NCBI GenBank assembly: GCA_010405405.1
Contig: MU004233.1
Coordinates: 2,272,539-2,336,538, forward strand
Origin: Microthyrium microscopicum
Lineage: Eukaryota
Direction: 5' to 3'
Length of the DNA stretch: 64,000 nucleotides
Below the pieces are notes generated by a model that did not search any database, was not told the DNA's origin, and saw only the letters and a list, made by a program, of their open reading frames with translations. Positions within the stretch are counted from its first letter, which is position 1, and each line of letters opens with the position of its first letter. Positions 1-13,200 of the stretch are shown piece after piece. The position numbers and the translations under genes are program-made.

Positions 1-1074
1 CCACAGGTGGGTGGCGGCGCACGCAAGACGAACCATGATTATACGCATGGACAGCTGGATGAATTGATTGACGTGACGATCAAAGAGGGCGCAAAGTTAT
101 TCGTAAGCGCGGTGGGTGTGCCGCCGAAACGGGTCATCGAGCGGTTACATGAGGCGGGCATTTTGGTGATGAATATGGTGGGTGCGCCGAGACATGCGCG
201 CAAAGCACTGGATGCGGGGGTTGATATTGTTTGTGCGCAAGGTGGTGAGGGCGGTGGGCATACGGGTGATATTGCGAACTCTATACTCATTCCGTCTGTG
301 GTGGATGTTGCGTCGCAATATACGTCTCCGCTTACTGGGAAACCTGCGATGGTGGTGGCGGCGGGCGGTATCTATGATGGGCGTGGTCTCGCGAGTAGTT
401 TGATGCAGGGCGCGCAGGGAGTTTGGGTGGGCACGCGGTTTGTGGCGAGTACGGAGGCTGGTTGTAGTCAGGCGCATAAGGAGGCGGTGGTGAGTGCGAA
501 GTTTACGGATACGTTGAGGACGTTGGTGGTTAGTGGGAGGCCGTTGAGGGTCAGGATGAATGAGTATATACAGGGCTGGGAGGATCGGCCGGAGGAGGTG
601 AGGAAGTTGACTGAGCAGGGGATTGTGCCGATGATGAAGGATATGGAGGAGGAGAAGGATGTGGATTTGCCGTTTTTGATGGGCCAAGTGGCGGGTATTG
701 TGCAGGATATCAAGGTATGTTGTTGATGTCACGATGTGTTTTCGGTGCAAGTGCTAAAGAGTCGTAGCCGGCGAAGGAGATTGTTGACGATATGGTAAGA
801 ACCCCTATTGACAAAAGTCGTCAATACACCAGTTTCTGGTGTCCTTCTTGGTGCTCCCACGGCACTTGATGGCTGCCAAAACACTCGATGGTTTCCGAAG
901 CATGCTATGGCATGGCTTTGCAAATATCCAACATCGTGGTTTCAGCTCGTGCTGGCTCCAATGGCAGACAGCAGTAACTTTTGGTTATCATACACTAACA
1001 TGCTTCAGGTCACACAAGCAGTCCAAATGTTGAAGTTGGGACAATCATACACAGGAGGTCAGAGCAAGTTGTAG
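1..1074 (+). CDS. Nitronate monooxygenase / 2-nitropropane dioxygenase family FMN enzyme, 3' part (5' end outside window), C-terminal SKL
   Basis: AQGGEGGGHTG, VVAAGGIYDGRG and GVWVGTRF motifs. Introns 715-767 and 795-1008 (GTAAGA...CTAAC...CAG) give ...PAKEIVDDMVTQAVQMLKLGQSYTGGQSKL*. Confidence 0.92.
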
Positions 1075-4000
1075 CCAGCCCATCACGTCCAATCGACTCT
1101 TGCAACACAGTTGGAGAAACCTGGTTGTATAGACTACAGACCTGACTAAAAAGCACGATTATCAAGTATAAGAAAACTAGCTAATTACATACCAAACTTG
1201 CCGATCTAGTCGTCCCCTTCTAGTCTGCTTATGCATAATAGGCGATGCATGTCTTTAGTTGCCAACTTCATCTTTAAGTTACAACTTCTTTTGGCCACTG
1301 AATATCGAAAGGTTGTTGGTTAGCAACCACAGACGATGTATATTGGTCGCCTTCTAGTACTTCAATGCGTAATGCGAGACCTATGTTTCTAGTCGGTAGC
1401 TTAACCAACATGATGGTATATTCTGATGACCACTGAAGATGGAATAGTTGCCGCATGCGCGTTAATGCGTGATACGAGATGTGTTTAGTTGTTAGCTCCA
1501 GCCTTCTAGCTGGAATCTGCTTATAGCCATTGATTATCAAAGGATTGTTTCATGGAAATATGCCTAATTGTAGACGCAAGTCTCTGATCGCTGGCTTAAC
1601 CTTTAGGCTGGTATCTTCTCCTGACCACAGAATATAGGACACTTGTTGGATGGCATTTCGTAGGCGGTGAGAAATCCAAGAAGCCCCTGGCAGGCAAGGA
1701 TCATTTTGAATCCTACTTTATACAACGTAGAGTAAACTATACGACATCCAACACCACCGAAATGGAGACATTGTATTGCGACACAGTAATGTCTGGAAAT
1801 AAGATTCCAATGTGTAAAAGAACACGACAGTACCATTGCTTTCAATGAGTCCCAAGTTCCTTATCCCACCTTGAACTGCTACACAGATATGTTCAATAAT
1901 CTATCCGCCTTCAGCCCACGGCACTTACCGATGTCTTTGGCACGCAAAAGCCAGCTTCTCATATTGAAAGACGTATGATAGTTACAATTAAGTTTCAGCC
2001 TCTTCTATGTGCCTGCAGAACAAAAACTCTAGTCCTATCACAAGCACTAGGAACATTTTGAATTATCGTTGGCCCCCACACGCTTTAACGACTCGGGTAA
2101 TCATCTTCAACGACTAGAATTCAACGATCAGAAATTCATTGACCATCCCGATCCTCCCTCCTGGTACTTGCAAATCCCTACGCGCCAGACTAGCATTCCA
2201 AGTACTGCCAAAATCAATAGTCCGACTATATGCCCGCCGTACATCAATCTATGACATACATATGAATACCTTACCAACAAGCCTATAAGATCAGCGGCCA
2301 TCAAAGCAGGTAGACCAGCCACCAACAGGTCTCTCCTTAATGAGATTTAGCAACCAACTGCTTTTTGCTCGTGCCGCTCTAATTGGTTTGTACATTTGGC
2401 AGGCATATACAAAGTTGGTGTTGTGTTGGAAGAGGGCTGTGCCACAACTTGCAGGATTTACCAACACCACGAACAGCCGCATGGCCAAGGAGCGTCCCTG
2501 CAACAAACACTTTGCCCGTGCGAGAAAATAGGTCGTTGGAGCCTGTGTAGGATTTATCTTTGTGACTGGAAAAACATGGGATTGGGATAGATGCCCGGTA
2601 TGTGGTCAGCAGGAGGATGCGGATGATCATCCCAGTGCTCGGGGAGGACGAGTCAGGATTTTTACGGTTGATATCATTTTGCTGTCAGCCTCATACGGGA
2701 ATACAACGAATAGAAGGACAGATGTTTAGGCTGGGAGGTGTAGACTCTTGTGGTTATGCAGGGCTATTTTGATGCATTCCGGGCTACCCTATGATGGGCG
2801 CTAGAATACAGAGATATGTTGTCTTGTTCGAGTCGATATGCGGTGTCTCCTGTCTTGTTATGTTACAGAATGATAGTTTGAAGGATGCAGCTGAACTGTC
2901 TATACTGATTTGTAGACTTTAATTCGTCTCCTGGCACAGTACCCACAATCTCACGGTTACAAATGGGTCATAGACATTGGCAGTGTGCTCCTCTGCGAAT
3001 AACAAAAGGTTCCAAAGTAGAGCTCCACCAAAGCAATGACAAAACGATCCCTTCCTTCTTCCTCGAAGGATCGATATTCGTAAAGACTAGCCGTACAAGG
3101 CGATGAAACCGCTCATGTTGTCTATTCACAGAATAAGACTAATCCAATTGGGTCAAGTTCAAAGCTTCCTACTGCATCTTGTCGTCCGTGAGTCTGTAAT
3201 AGGTTCTATCCTGGACACCGTAACAGGCGCAGACAAGATATCTCCTAGGTAATACTCTTGATCAGCCACAAGTACCAAGACAATACGTCTCATTCTAAGG
3301 TAGTTGTGAGAGGTGCCAGGTTCTTCCAAGCCCCGTTTCTATATTCTATTCGTCCACGGTGGAAGAGAACTGGTGGCCTTTGCGTTTTGGTGTTATCTTA
3401 TACCACCTAGCAGCCCAATCCTTCTTCTTCTTACACCAGGCAGTAGTGGCGACTCTAGGATCTCCTATGAGTAACAGCATCAGCAAGACATATCGCAAAG
3501 GGTTTATATATGATTCAAGTGAAGAATGGGGCTCTGTCTACTCGCCAGAAAAGATCGACAACAATTTCATCTTGATCCGGAGAACAGTGCCTTTTCTTTC
3601 ATCATTTCGACCTAAATTGCCTGTACGTCCATTGAATAGCGACTCCCGATGCCAGAATCGTCGAATCCGGAGAAAAAGAAGGAAAAGCGGAAGAATCAAG
3701 TTCGGGATGCTCAAAGACGATTCAGTGAGTTTTCTCTTTCCTGATATAAGGATGATCGTTTGCATAAAACAAGATGCATAAGATCGAGTTGCGGCTATGC
3801 AAGAAAGTAGATGGAGCTAAAGTCTTCCTCACTTGTATAGACAACCTTTTCAGGTCGGTGCTTTGAAACACTCTTGTATTCATACACACCCTCATAAATG
3901 TGATAGTGATTCAAGTGCATGAACACATGTTTATGGTTAATCAAGACGAACGACCGACTAACCATTTTGTATAGGGGCAAAGAAAAAGGAACAAGAAGAG

Positions 4001-6560
4001 CAAGAGAGAAGAGAGGCTGCGAATCGAGAATTAGCACAGCAGTCATACACGTCACCCGATGCGGAACAGCTGCACGATAGAGGAGATTTATCGGGCCTGC
4101 CATGGGGAGGCATGTCCTTGGCCTACATGATGCAATCCGGTCAAACAAATCGTGGCTCCTCGGATGCGAATCAAGGAACAACAGATAATACCTCATCTGA
4201 GACAAAGTACGGCGAGAGCAAGTCGTCGGGTGATATCAAGGAAGATGCTGAGCAGTCCTAGGTAGTAAAGTCCAGGGCGCATTCGAGCCGGAACGAGGAC
4301 GATGATGAGATTGGACGGTTCGGTGCGGCGTGACGGCCCGGATGAGGCGACTCGAGACAACTTGGAGATATTAATAATGTCCGATAAGCAGGCAGCCGGC
4401 AGTCAATGTCAAGAGATATGTCATGAGAGCTGGGTGTAAGCTGGGTCTAGCTGGTTCACGAACTCGGTGGTCCAGAGCTGGGTCGGGAGCTTTCTCATGG
4501 CACTGGAGAGAGCATTGTGCGCCGGAGGCCAGGTAGGGAAGTGCCGCATGGGATGATGTGACCAGGCTTCCCCTCTCTTTGGGGGCAGGAGTATCGATTC
4601 TCGCTAATCGATAAACGAGCAGTCCAAGGAGAAGTCGAGTTCGTCCTCTTTACCAATGTGCTGGGTTGTCCAAGACTGGCCCAGGCGATGAAAGATCATC
4701 AAACGCGTGCCGAGAGGTCAGTAGCAAAGAGGACACCTCCTGTATGACGATGAGGTTTGGTTCGTGGTCAATTCTGTCATGTTGTGAAGAGGAGATGAAT
4801 GTTTCGGATCCACGGCCCCATTGCCAGGTGTTTGATCAAGAGTGGGAAGAGTGCAAGAGAAGGGCGAGTCGGTTCATATTAGTTTACATGTCCTAAGTTA
4901 TTCCTAGATGGAATGTGCGGCGTAGCAAATGCATTCAATTGGAGATTGATCATGTTACGCGTTGTTAACAAGAGACGAAGCTTTAACTAGTATGCTCCTG
5001 CTCCAGGCTGCCGAAGAGCAGGCCACGAAATGGGCCTCAGGGCCCCTTCTGCGCCTTTGAACGAGAAAGAGTGTGGCTCAAAGTCGGGAAGCATTCATAA
5101 TGCAATGGCTCTCCTTAGATGAGCTATAAGCCAAGTGTAACAGTATAGTTGATATCTATCCTGATTTGTTTTCAAGTCTGCCTGCATCAATAATAGGTGA
5201 AAACTGCCTCGCCATGAATTGTTCTGGGTCCAAGACTAGAAGTAGAGGTTTAGAATGGCCAGTGAGCAACCAGCCCTTGTTGCATGCAACTTCGATCAGC
5301 TGTCGCATCATACTCTGAGGCTGGACTGAACAGTTCGGTCAATGTATGGGTCCTCCTACCTACTTCCCGGCGGCCCAGCGCTAACCCGCGCCATAGCATG
5401 ATAGTGAATGCATGAAGATCTAGTTGGCGAAGACCTAGGAAACAAAGAGCTTAGCAGAGTCAGTATATCCGGCAGAATGGTTCGTAGTGAGGAGTGTAGC
5501 TCAAGGGCTGACATTGAAGTCACTTACTGGAGGTTAGAAGAAATGGCTAGGGTGTCGTAAAGAAGGCGCTTGTCAGAAAACAGCCGTAAAGTGGCGTTTA
5601 GGAGATAATTTATCCAATTATAATGCATGCACAGCGGGCTAATTAAGTTTGGTGAGGATTGATTGGTAAGGAGCCGCTCATAGCGCGACCCATCGACGCC
5701 TCCCATCGCCTTACTCTGGACGTTTTTTGTACGCGCCGCCTTGGCCTGTATCTTCTTCACTCCATCACCCTGGCCCAGCTACCTGGGTATAGACCGCGGC
5801 GGGGAGTTCGGATTAACGACAAAGTTCTATGCGTCGTCAAGGTTATACGATGTAATTGCTGCAGTAGGGGCTCATTTCCAACGCGGCTCTTGGACTCGTC
5901 TCTTGCCGCTCTTCCGCTCAATTTTGTCGACTTGTTCATGCTCGCATGTTATCCGCGAATGGCGCAGTTGTAGGCACTACTCTCTTTCAAGTAGTCAATA
6001 GCTTCCACGCCGCATCTATCTATGCTTGGAAATTATGTGCGTCTGACACGCGTGGACTCCTTTGCGGCCAACAGCCAGCAGAGCAACTATCCCGCGTGGC
6101 GTTCATTCGACATCAGTTCGCAGCAACGTCAAAAACACCGAACGTGGACGCACAGGAGATTTACAAAGCATCGGGTACATGTCAACGAAATGCGGTCGCG
6201 AAATGGGTTACTTGGAGCATGACACCAAGCCGAACTGGCCTAATTCATACATCTCTTTTTACCTGGTCTACCTGGCATCGAGCCAACAAATCTTCGATCT
6301 TCCAAGACCTTTGGATGCTATTTGTGACTTCTCCCTTCTATTCCTTTCTGAGATACTGTTGTCAGATTCCTTTTTGGATTCTCTTTGCCCCCCTAAACGC
6401 AGTGCTGGGACAGTCACAGTGCAGTGCCGCACAAAATCTTTCATGCTCCTTCTCTCCTATGTACATTGCCATGTCAATCGGGAGTCAAACTAAACATATT
6501 TAAAATGAGTCGTGCCTACCTTAATACCCGTCATCTTAACACGCTTTTTGTGCTGTTTAC

Positions 6561-7980
6561 TTGTTGGCGGTCTTTTGCTGTTTGGCTCTTTTTGTTTTTA
6601 TCACCATATGCTCGAACATAATTGACCCGTTTTTGAATCACCTCTTTCAACTCAGAACTGTGATCGCAGAATCCGCGGGACATATCAACTTCATCAAGAT
6701 GAGTGACGACCTCAAATGCTTTGGCCCTCCAGCGCATCTTGTGCGCATTATGTGGAGGGCCACTCCTCCGCGTCTGGAACAACACTGTCGCATGATACTG
6801 AACCCAAGGAGGATTCTCGACATTCCAGTCTTGCAAGGTGTCCGACCTGGTAGAGACAGAAGCCTTACCATCCGGCTGATATACTTTAGTCCTCCAGGCC
6901 ATGAAGTAATCCACCTTACTGTGACACCACAAAACATCTCATGCGACTGCGGAGAACATCAATCAAGAACAGCCTGCGCAGTAAGTACATTCATCACCGA
7001 AAAGATCTACGACTGACTTCAATGCCAGCATTCCCTATGGCTTGCCGACATAGCAGCCACATACATGGTTGGCGTAGACCAGTCCGAAAATATCAGAGAA
7101 ACCGAGATCTCGGAGAATGCCAGGGACATTACTGTATTAGGGAGGAATAGTGCCTTGATATGCAGATTTGCTACACCAGAAGTACTCGAGAATGCCGAAG
7201 AATTCGCCGAATTCATCAAGACCACTTTAATTCGACAAAAGATCTTCCTCATTCTCAACCCAGCCCCTTTTCACACAGATGGTACCGATAAAGTCACTGA
7301 CCGAGTGTATCGAAGCATCTTACAGCCACTTACTTTAAGTCTAACCCACGCCATAGACGAAAAGAAAGTATGGGACATGGCATTCCAAAACCTCGGACTT
7401 TACGTTTCTACTCGCGCTAAAGTCGGAAGACCGGAGGTGCTCATCGAGCTTGCAAAGTCTTTCGAGCCTGTCCTGATGGAGCATATCTTATTTGCGCAAC
7501 CAACTGGAAAACTCACGCGGCTGGGCATATTGACGATTTTACAAGCATTCAGGCACATTGTTAGTGCAATTCAGCATCTTCGAGATGGCGCCAAGACTAG
7601 GTTCTGGGAGAGTGTTCTCTCTGGCTCTGGAATGTGGTTTGCACTGGATATATTCGAGACTTTGAGGGAGTTTATTCCTGATCATGAGGATTGGGTGGAG
7701 CCTTTGAGTCTTTGGCGGGAGATTTTGGACGACATTGGTCAACATATTCAGGAGAATGTGAGTGTAATTTTCCTCCCTGTTTTCTCGAAGTGTTCTTTGC
7801 TATTGTCAAAATATTCTGCCCAGGTCTCGCAGAAGATCTTTTACGATATGGAATAGGACATTCTTTTGCTACTGTTACTCTGATGCAAATATACTGATGA
7901 ACTTGTAGCACTTGACTAGAGTTGTGCCACACTTGGCAGCATATCAAAGTCGACTAAATAATCTACTTCGACATGGCTAG
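6561..7980 (+). CDS. Hypothetical multi-exon protein (5' end uncertain, may extend to ~5740 and be partly degenerate)
   Basis: ORFs 6561-7016 and 7065-7856 can be linked by a GTAAGT...CTGAC...AG intron. A further intron (GTGAGT ~7758 to ~7907) leads to a terminal exon HLTRVVPHLAAYQSRLNNLLRHG*. No family recognised. Confidence 0.45.
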
Positions 7981-10488
7981 ATATCCATCAACATTTCGAG
8001 AACGTGTGTGAAGAATGGATACAAGGCAGTCAATGGGGAGAGGGAGGGAAGATTCAATGGGAAGAAAGACGAAGACCTCTTCGGTGTTGATGATGTAGGA
8101 GGCATGGACAAAGTACTGTTATGAGTTATGATTACTACATTGGTTTTGGGGTTAGTGGCACACATTTCAGTTGAACATGCTGATAGATTTCCCCTTCTTT
8201 GTGGCTCAAGGGTACAGGGTTTTTGGTAATTTCAGGGGTTCATGTACACATTCATTTCTACTAGATATCAGATAATTTCTTTTCTATAATGAAGCCAGCA
8301 CTATCAGTTCATAACCACAAAACAGCCACAAGGAGTGTTTATTTTCCGATAAATTGGGATTATGAACTAGAATGATACTAAGGCAAGAAAATCGATAGAA
8401 AAGATAGCTAGCCTGCCTTCATCGACTTCCATGGCTTCTATATGACACGCTCTGCTATTGAGTGCTTTGCTTACTAGATTATGTGTGCTGTTTAAACCCG
8501 GCCATTTCGCAGAATATTATAAAGAATAACCAAATTTCATTCAATGGCATTCGTAAATGCCAGAAATTCTCAAAGGAGCACGCTACCTATTTTGTCCATC
8601 GATTGGCAAGATTGACAGAAAACGTTCGAACCTTGGAACATACTAATACCTTATGGACCCTGAAAGTGCTTGTTATCTCCGTCGTATAAGCACTCAGATA
8701 TATATCACCTTGTGTCGCAAATGCTGACATGCAGCTCAGTGATGCAAGCAGGGGGTCTGTTATGTGTATAACGTGCTGACGCAAGAATGGGCTCAGGAAC
8801 ATTCTGTAAACGCAACAAGATGAGCCAGTGAAGAGACTGAAACAGAATCAAATGTTTAGTTTATGGACTCTTGAAGTAATGATAGCTCGCTGATCTTGTT
8901 TCGCATACATTATGACGCGTTTAGTCCCATATGCAAGCGATTTTTGACGAGATGGGAATTGATGAAAGCTGGTGATAATCATTCGATATTCCCTAATTTG
9001 ACCACCTGTTATGCACACTAAAGTCGTACAAATAGGTACAGTCTCGACTTTCCAACGACTCTCTGATATAAGTGATCGTCGTAAAGCAGGGATTCTCGGA
9101 GTTTGTGTGCATGGATGTTATAGGCGATTGGGTGGTGTGGATACATGTACTTGGTAGAGATTACCCCACAAAACGATAAACACAACTGGAGAGCTAAAAA
9201 GGGCGGGGAAAGGATTCATGTGCAATTTGTACAGTTGGGCCGAAACAATTGGTTCTGGGAGATGTTCTGTCGCTTCTTTAGTGGTGTTTTCGACGCCTTT
9301 TGACGGTACGATGTGCATCTGATTCAAGCCAAAGACATCAATTGGCTCAATGAAAACTCCCTCACTCCGCCCTTCTGGAACAAAATAATGGATGTTCCGT
9401 CTTCTGGTTCAAATGCTGGTGGAGCATCGAATTATTGACCTAATTTACATTTTGATTGCAGCCATTGAGCCCGTCGTACTCAGCTGCCCAGGTAGATCAT
9501 GCTGTAACCGTCTGGCGTGTGTGATGGACATGGCAATCAGCAAGATAGCTACCGCATTGGAAGAAACGGGCGGATGCTTATTGTTCGACTGGAACCAATG
9601 ACAATCAGCTGAAAGATGTATTTCGATGCTAACCTGTGGGGCTAACATCTGCTTTGGTGGTGAATCTTGCCACGACTGTATTAGTTTGATGTCTTTGACT
9701 TTCCCTGCCATGCAACTAGAGTGAAGGTGGTTAAAATGATCTTTGGAGACGGCTAGGAAAGCAGATTAGCAGCAAATACCCCAGACTTGTAATGCATGGC
9801 GGCGTGAACCATTGGCTGCTTGTCCAAGACTCCAAGCATGGAGAAAGTGAGCAGCCGCTTAGCGACGATTAGGGGCATGGCTAGGCTCATTCTCACAGCT
9901 TACCAGAGCATGGAGCCCTTGGAAATTATGCACTGAGCCCCGCTTGTGGTCCCAGAAAAGAGAATTGAGCTTTAGCCTTTCCAATGTTGGTGCTTGGGTT
10001 GTCTTTGAATTGACTGGCTTGACGTGGTCTGTGGTGGAGTTTTTATATTGGTCCCAAATTCAACTCCATTTCTGGAGCCTTTCCCCTCTCTCTGCTGGCA
10101 ATTGGGTTATCTCCTTCTTGTCATCGCGAGATCTCACCACCTGTTCTTTGTGTTTGAATTCTTTGACCGAGATATCAAGTATTGCCAATTGGGAAGAAAG
10201 TGGTAGATCGCGTCTTTGTACACCGAGCTGAAACAACAAGACCAGCACCACCACGTGCCCCACGCCTCCAAAACGCCAGCCTCCATTTCAACGTCATTCC
10301 ATCCCTGAATATCTTCTCCTACTTTCACCACAACACAATCAAACAATCCCCTCTCTGCCTTTCTCTTTTCTTCTCACCGCCGTCCTTATCATCCTCTACT
10401 GCCGCCTGCTCTCTCTTTAAGCATTGAACTATCTCCCAATCGACTCCGCTGCTTCCGCAATCAACTACTGTACCCCACTGCAACCGCC

Positions 10489-11295
10489 ATGTCTTCCTCC
10501 GACCAAAACAACTCACGCGAATCTCCTCCTGCTACATCCAATCGCCGCCGATCTTCCTTTGTCGACATGTTCAATCCTCGCGCTTCAATGAACGGACAAA
10601 ACCAAGGCCCTCGCCGTCTCTCAATAACCACGCTAGGCCTCAGTGCAATGCCCGGAGCCCAATCATCACCTTTCAACTCCATGCGAGGACGCACTGAATC
10701 AGTATCATCCGCCAACTCCGGTAGTGTCGATGAGTCGCCCTTTGAGGAAGATCCAGCATCCCCAAACCCAAACACATCAGCCAGCGTCCCCGCCACGCCC
10801 TTTTCACGGAGAATGAGCTTGGGCGCAGCACGAACACTAGGCCGCGGACCCACGTCCGCTGGAGGAGGAGGTGGACAAAACGGCGGCAACAATGGCAACG
10901 GTAGAGTGCCCGGTTCTTCCCCTTCGTCTGTTGCGTTTGAAAGAAAGGCCTCGGCTTCCTCACCGTCCGGCGCAGCGAAGAGTCGAGGTTTGTCCTGTTG
11001 TTCTTTCGGTTCTGGTTCTTTGTCGCGTACGCGTCCGCTTTCTGAAAATTTTACTGACTTGTTGCGTGCTACAGAAGGTTTTGACTTTGCTGAGAACTTG
11101 AGAGCGCGAGCTGAGCGTACTTCGTCCATCTCGGCTGGCATGTTTGGTGGCATGGGTCCACAGAGCCCACCAATGTCACATCATCGAAGCAGGAGTATTG
11201 CCATGGAGCCACCGAAGAATGAGATGCCTAAGCAAGCTGCACGACCAGATGCCTTCCAGGAACGGATTCTCAAAGGCGATTTCTACATGGACTAA
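10489..11295 (+). CDS. Conserved-looking fungal Ser/Arg-rich disordered protein ending FQERILKGDFYMD
   Basis: 268-aa ORF preceded by a CT-rich leader and CGCCATG context. Several RRxS sites. Probable intron 10988-11074. Confidence 0.8.
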   Translation: MSSSDQNNSRESPPATSNRRRSSFVDMFNPRASMNGQNQGPRRLSITTLGLSAMPGAQSSPFNSMRGRTESVSSANSGSVDESPFEEDPASPNPNTSASVPATPFSRRMSLGAARTLGRGPTSAGGGGGQNGGNNGNGRVPGSSPSSVAFERKASASSPSGAAKSRGLSCCSFGSGSLSRTRPLSENFTDLLRATEGFDFAENLRARAERTSSISAGMFGGMGPQSPPMSHHRSRSIAMEPPKNEMPKQAARPDAFQERILKGDFYMD

Positions 11296-12138
11296 TCATT
11301 TCTATGCAACGAGAATTTGCTTACGAATTATGCTGTAATCACTACCTGCCATCCAATCTGTACGATTATTCCTGGATCGACCATGAATTGTTCAACCCGT
11401 CCAGTCCATGTTACAGTACAGACTGATCCAAGAATGTATTTCCCCTTGGAGCTTGCGGAGTTATCCCTGACCGGTATCAATACGTTCTATGCTGAGGTTC
11501 GAGGCTGTAGGCGCAGTCAATTATGCTTTCAGATATTAAAACCAATCAATAACGGACTTCTGCTCTGGAACCAATCAGGAAAAGCGGTTAATCAGGCTTG
11601 GCGTCGAAAACAAAGACAGTTTTCTCTCGACAATCGTGTGTTTTTATGCTTACTCTTCTTTGTTTTTTCAAGCGAGGGACGATCTGTTCCCTCTTCGATA
11701 CCCACAGTCACTTTCGTCACGGGACCAAACTGGCGTCTTCTTTGTTGAGCGAATGATTGCAATTGACTGAACTGTCTTTTGACTTTTTGAAGTTTCTTTG
11801 TTCTGTTAGGTATGCAGATGATACTGCGGTTCTCCTGAGTCGAAACAATTTGATATTTGTTAAGGTTGTGGCCATGAGGAGGATGTCTTTGGGGTTTGTA
11901 TGAAGATAGTTGTCGTTGGTTGAGGAGGCATTGTTGTCGAGGCGAGGGAATCAGTGTATTTGCTGATTATTAGTTGAACACCTTTGAGCATAATACAAAA
12001 ATCGTATATGCAAATCATATCTCCGTGTGAAGAAACGGCACTAGAAATATGTCATCAAAAAAGTTGGTTCACAGTATGAAATTGTCTTTGGTTGCACTGA
12101 TATACAGGATTTTATGTAAAGAATCGATGCACAGATAT

Positions 12139-13200
12139 CTAAATCGATCTGCGTCTTTCAGGCCTTTCAGGTGCGAAATACACCATATGCTCGACTGCAA
12201 TGCCCGTTATGGTTGCCTCGTCCATCAGCGTAAATCGGTTCAACTTGACGATGTACGATATCGACGACTGGTCATAATCATCTTGCGGATCAATCTCAGC
12301 CTTCCTCATGCGAAGTAACAACTTGCCGACGGCATCGTGCGCGTGCTCAGCAACTTGCATCAGCGGTTTGAGATTAGAAGTATCTTTCAAGATCACCTCT
12401 GCCTTACCTGTGCTAAGTAGCAACTTCACAACGCTGTTGTGCCCTTTACAAGCAGCAAGCGATAGTGCCGTTTCCCCAGAGAGACTGTGAATTCACATTG
12501 ACCTCGCCTGTGCTAAGTAGCAATATAATGACCGTATCGTGCCCGTTTTGAGCGGCCTGCAATAATGGCGTGTGATCATCCTTGTTCTTTGAGTTAAGTT
12601 TGACTTTCTTTGTACTGAGAAGTAGTTCAATGACGGCGTAGTGCATTTTCTTAGCTGACTAGCACATCGGTGTCTGCTCATTCAAGCCATTCTTCGTGTC
12701 GACTTCGACCTTGTTCGATGCGAGCAACAGCTGAACAGCAACTTCGTTCCCCTTCTCGGCAAGATAAGATAACGGTGTCCGATCAACAATGTTCTTCATA
12801 TCGACTTGGTTGTCGCCTAATATAAGTAACCGATCCACTAATGTGCTGTTCCCATTCTCAGCAGCCCACATTAGAGGTTGCACAGTACACTGAGACTCCA
12901 GGGAGTGTACATGATCTTCCCCAACTTGGCCTCGAAATATCATTGCCGCCCTCTTTTCAAGTTCGTGGGCCTACTTAAGGAATAACGCGTCCCCTGATAT
13001 AAGTGCGCATCCAAATCTCGACAGCCTTTGTCCATATCAGGCTATCAGCCTCTGACTCCGTTTTTGCGTAATGCTACTAAACACTATTCGCTGGCAGCAT
13101 AGCTTGGGACGGACTGGAATCGTCGTTCTAGAGCGATGCATTTCAGTTCCAAACAAGAAGGAATCTTCGAGTATATTGGGCTTGCAGTATTCTTTGCGGC
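12139..13200 (-). pseudogene. Degenerate ankyrin-repeat gene (C-terminus resembling fungal NACHT-ankyrin proteins)
   Basis: Ankyrin repeats PLMWAAENGN, TPLSYLAEKGN, TPLLQAAQNGH and PLMQVAEHAH are split across different frames. In-frame stops upstream (e.g. YAASE*). Confidence 0.7.

Noticed and set aside
2069..2720. Overlapping short plus-strand ORFs with CPVC/CPC motifs
   Set aside because: Interrupted by stops, no coherent splice model or family; at most a gene relic.
3359..4900. Several 75-140 aa ORFs on both strands
   Set aside because: No motifs and no consistent exon structure.
5491..5560. GGAGTGTAGCTCAAGG resembling a tRNA 5' end
   Set aside because: No T-loop (GTTCRA) and no acceptor-stem complement.
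10461..11153. 230-aa antisense ORF, plus antisense ORFs over NMO, gdhA, MRPL4 and nuc-1
   Set aside because: Shadow frames of GC-rich genes on the opposite strand.
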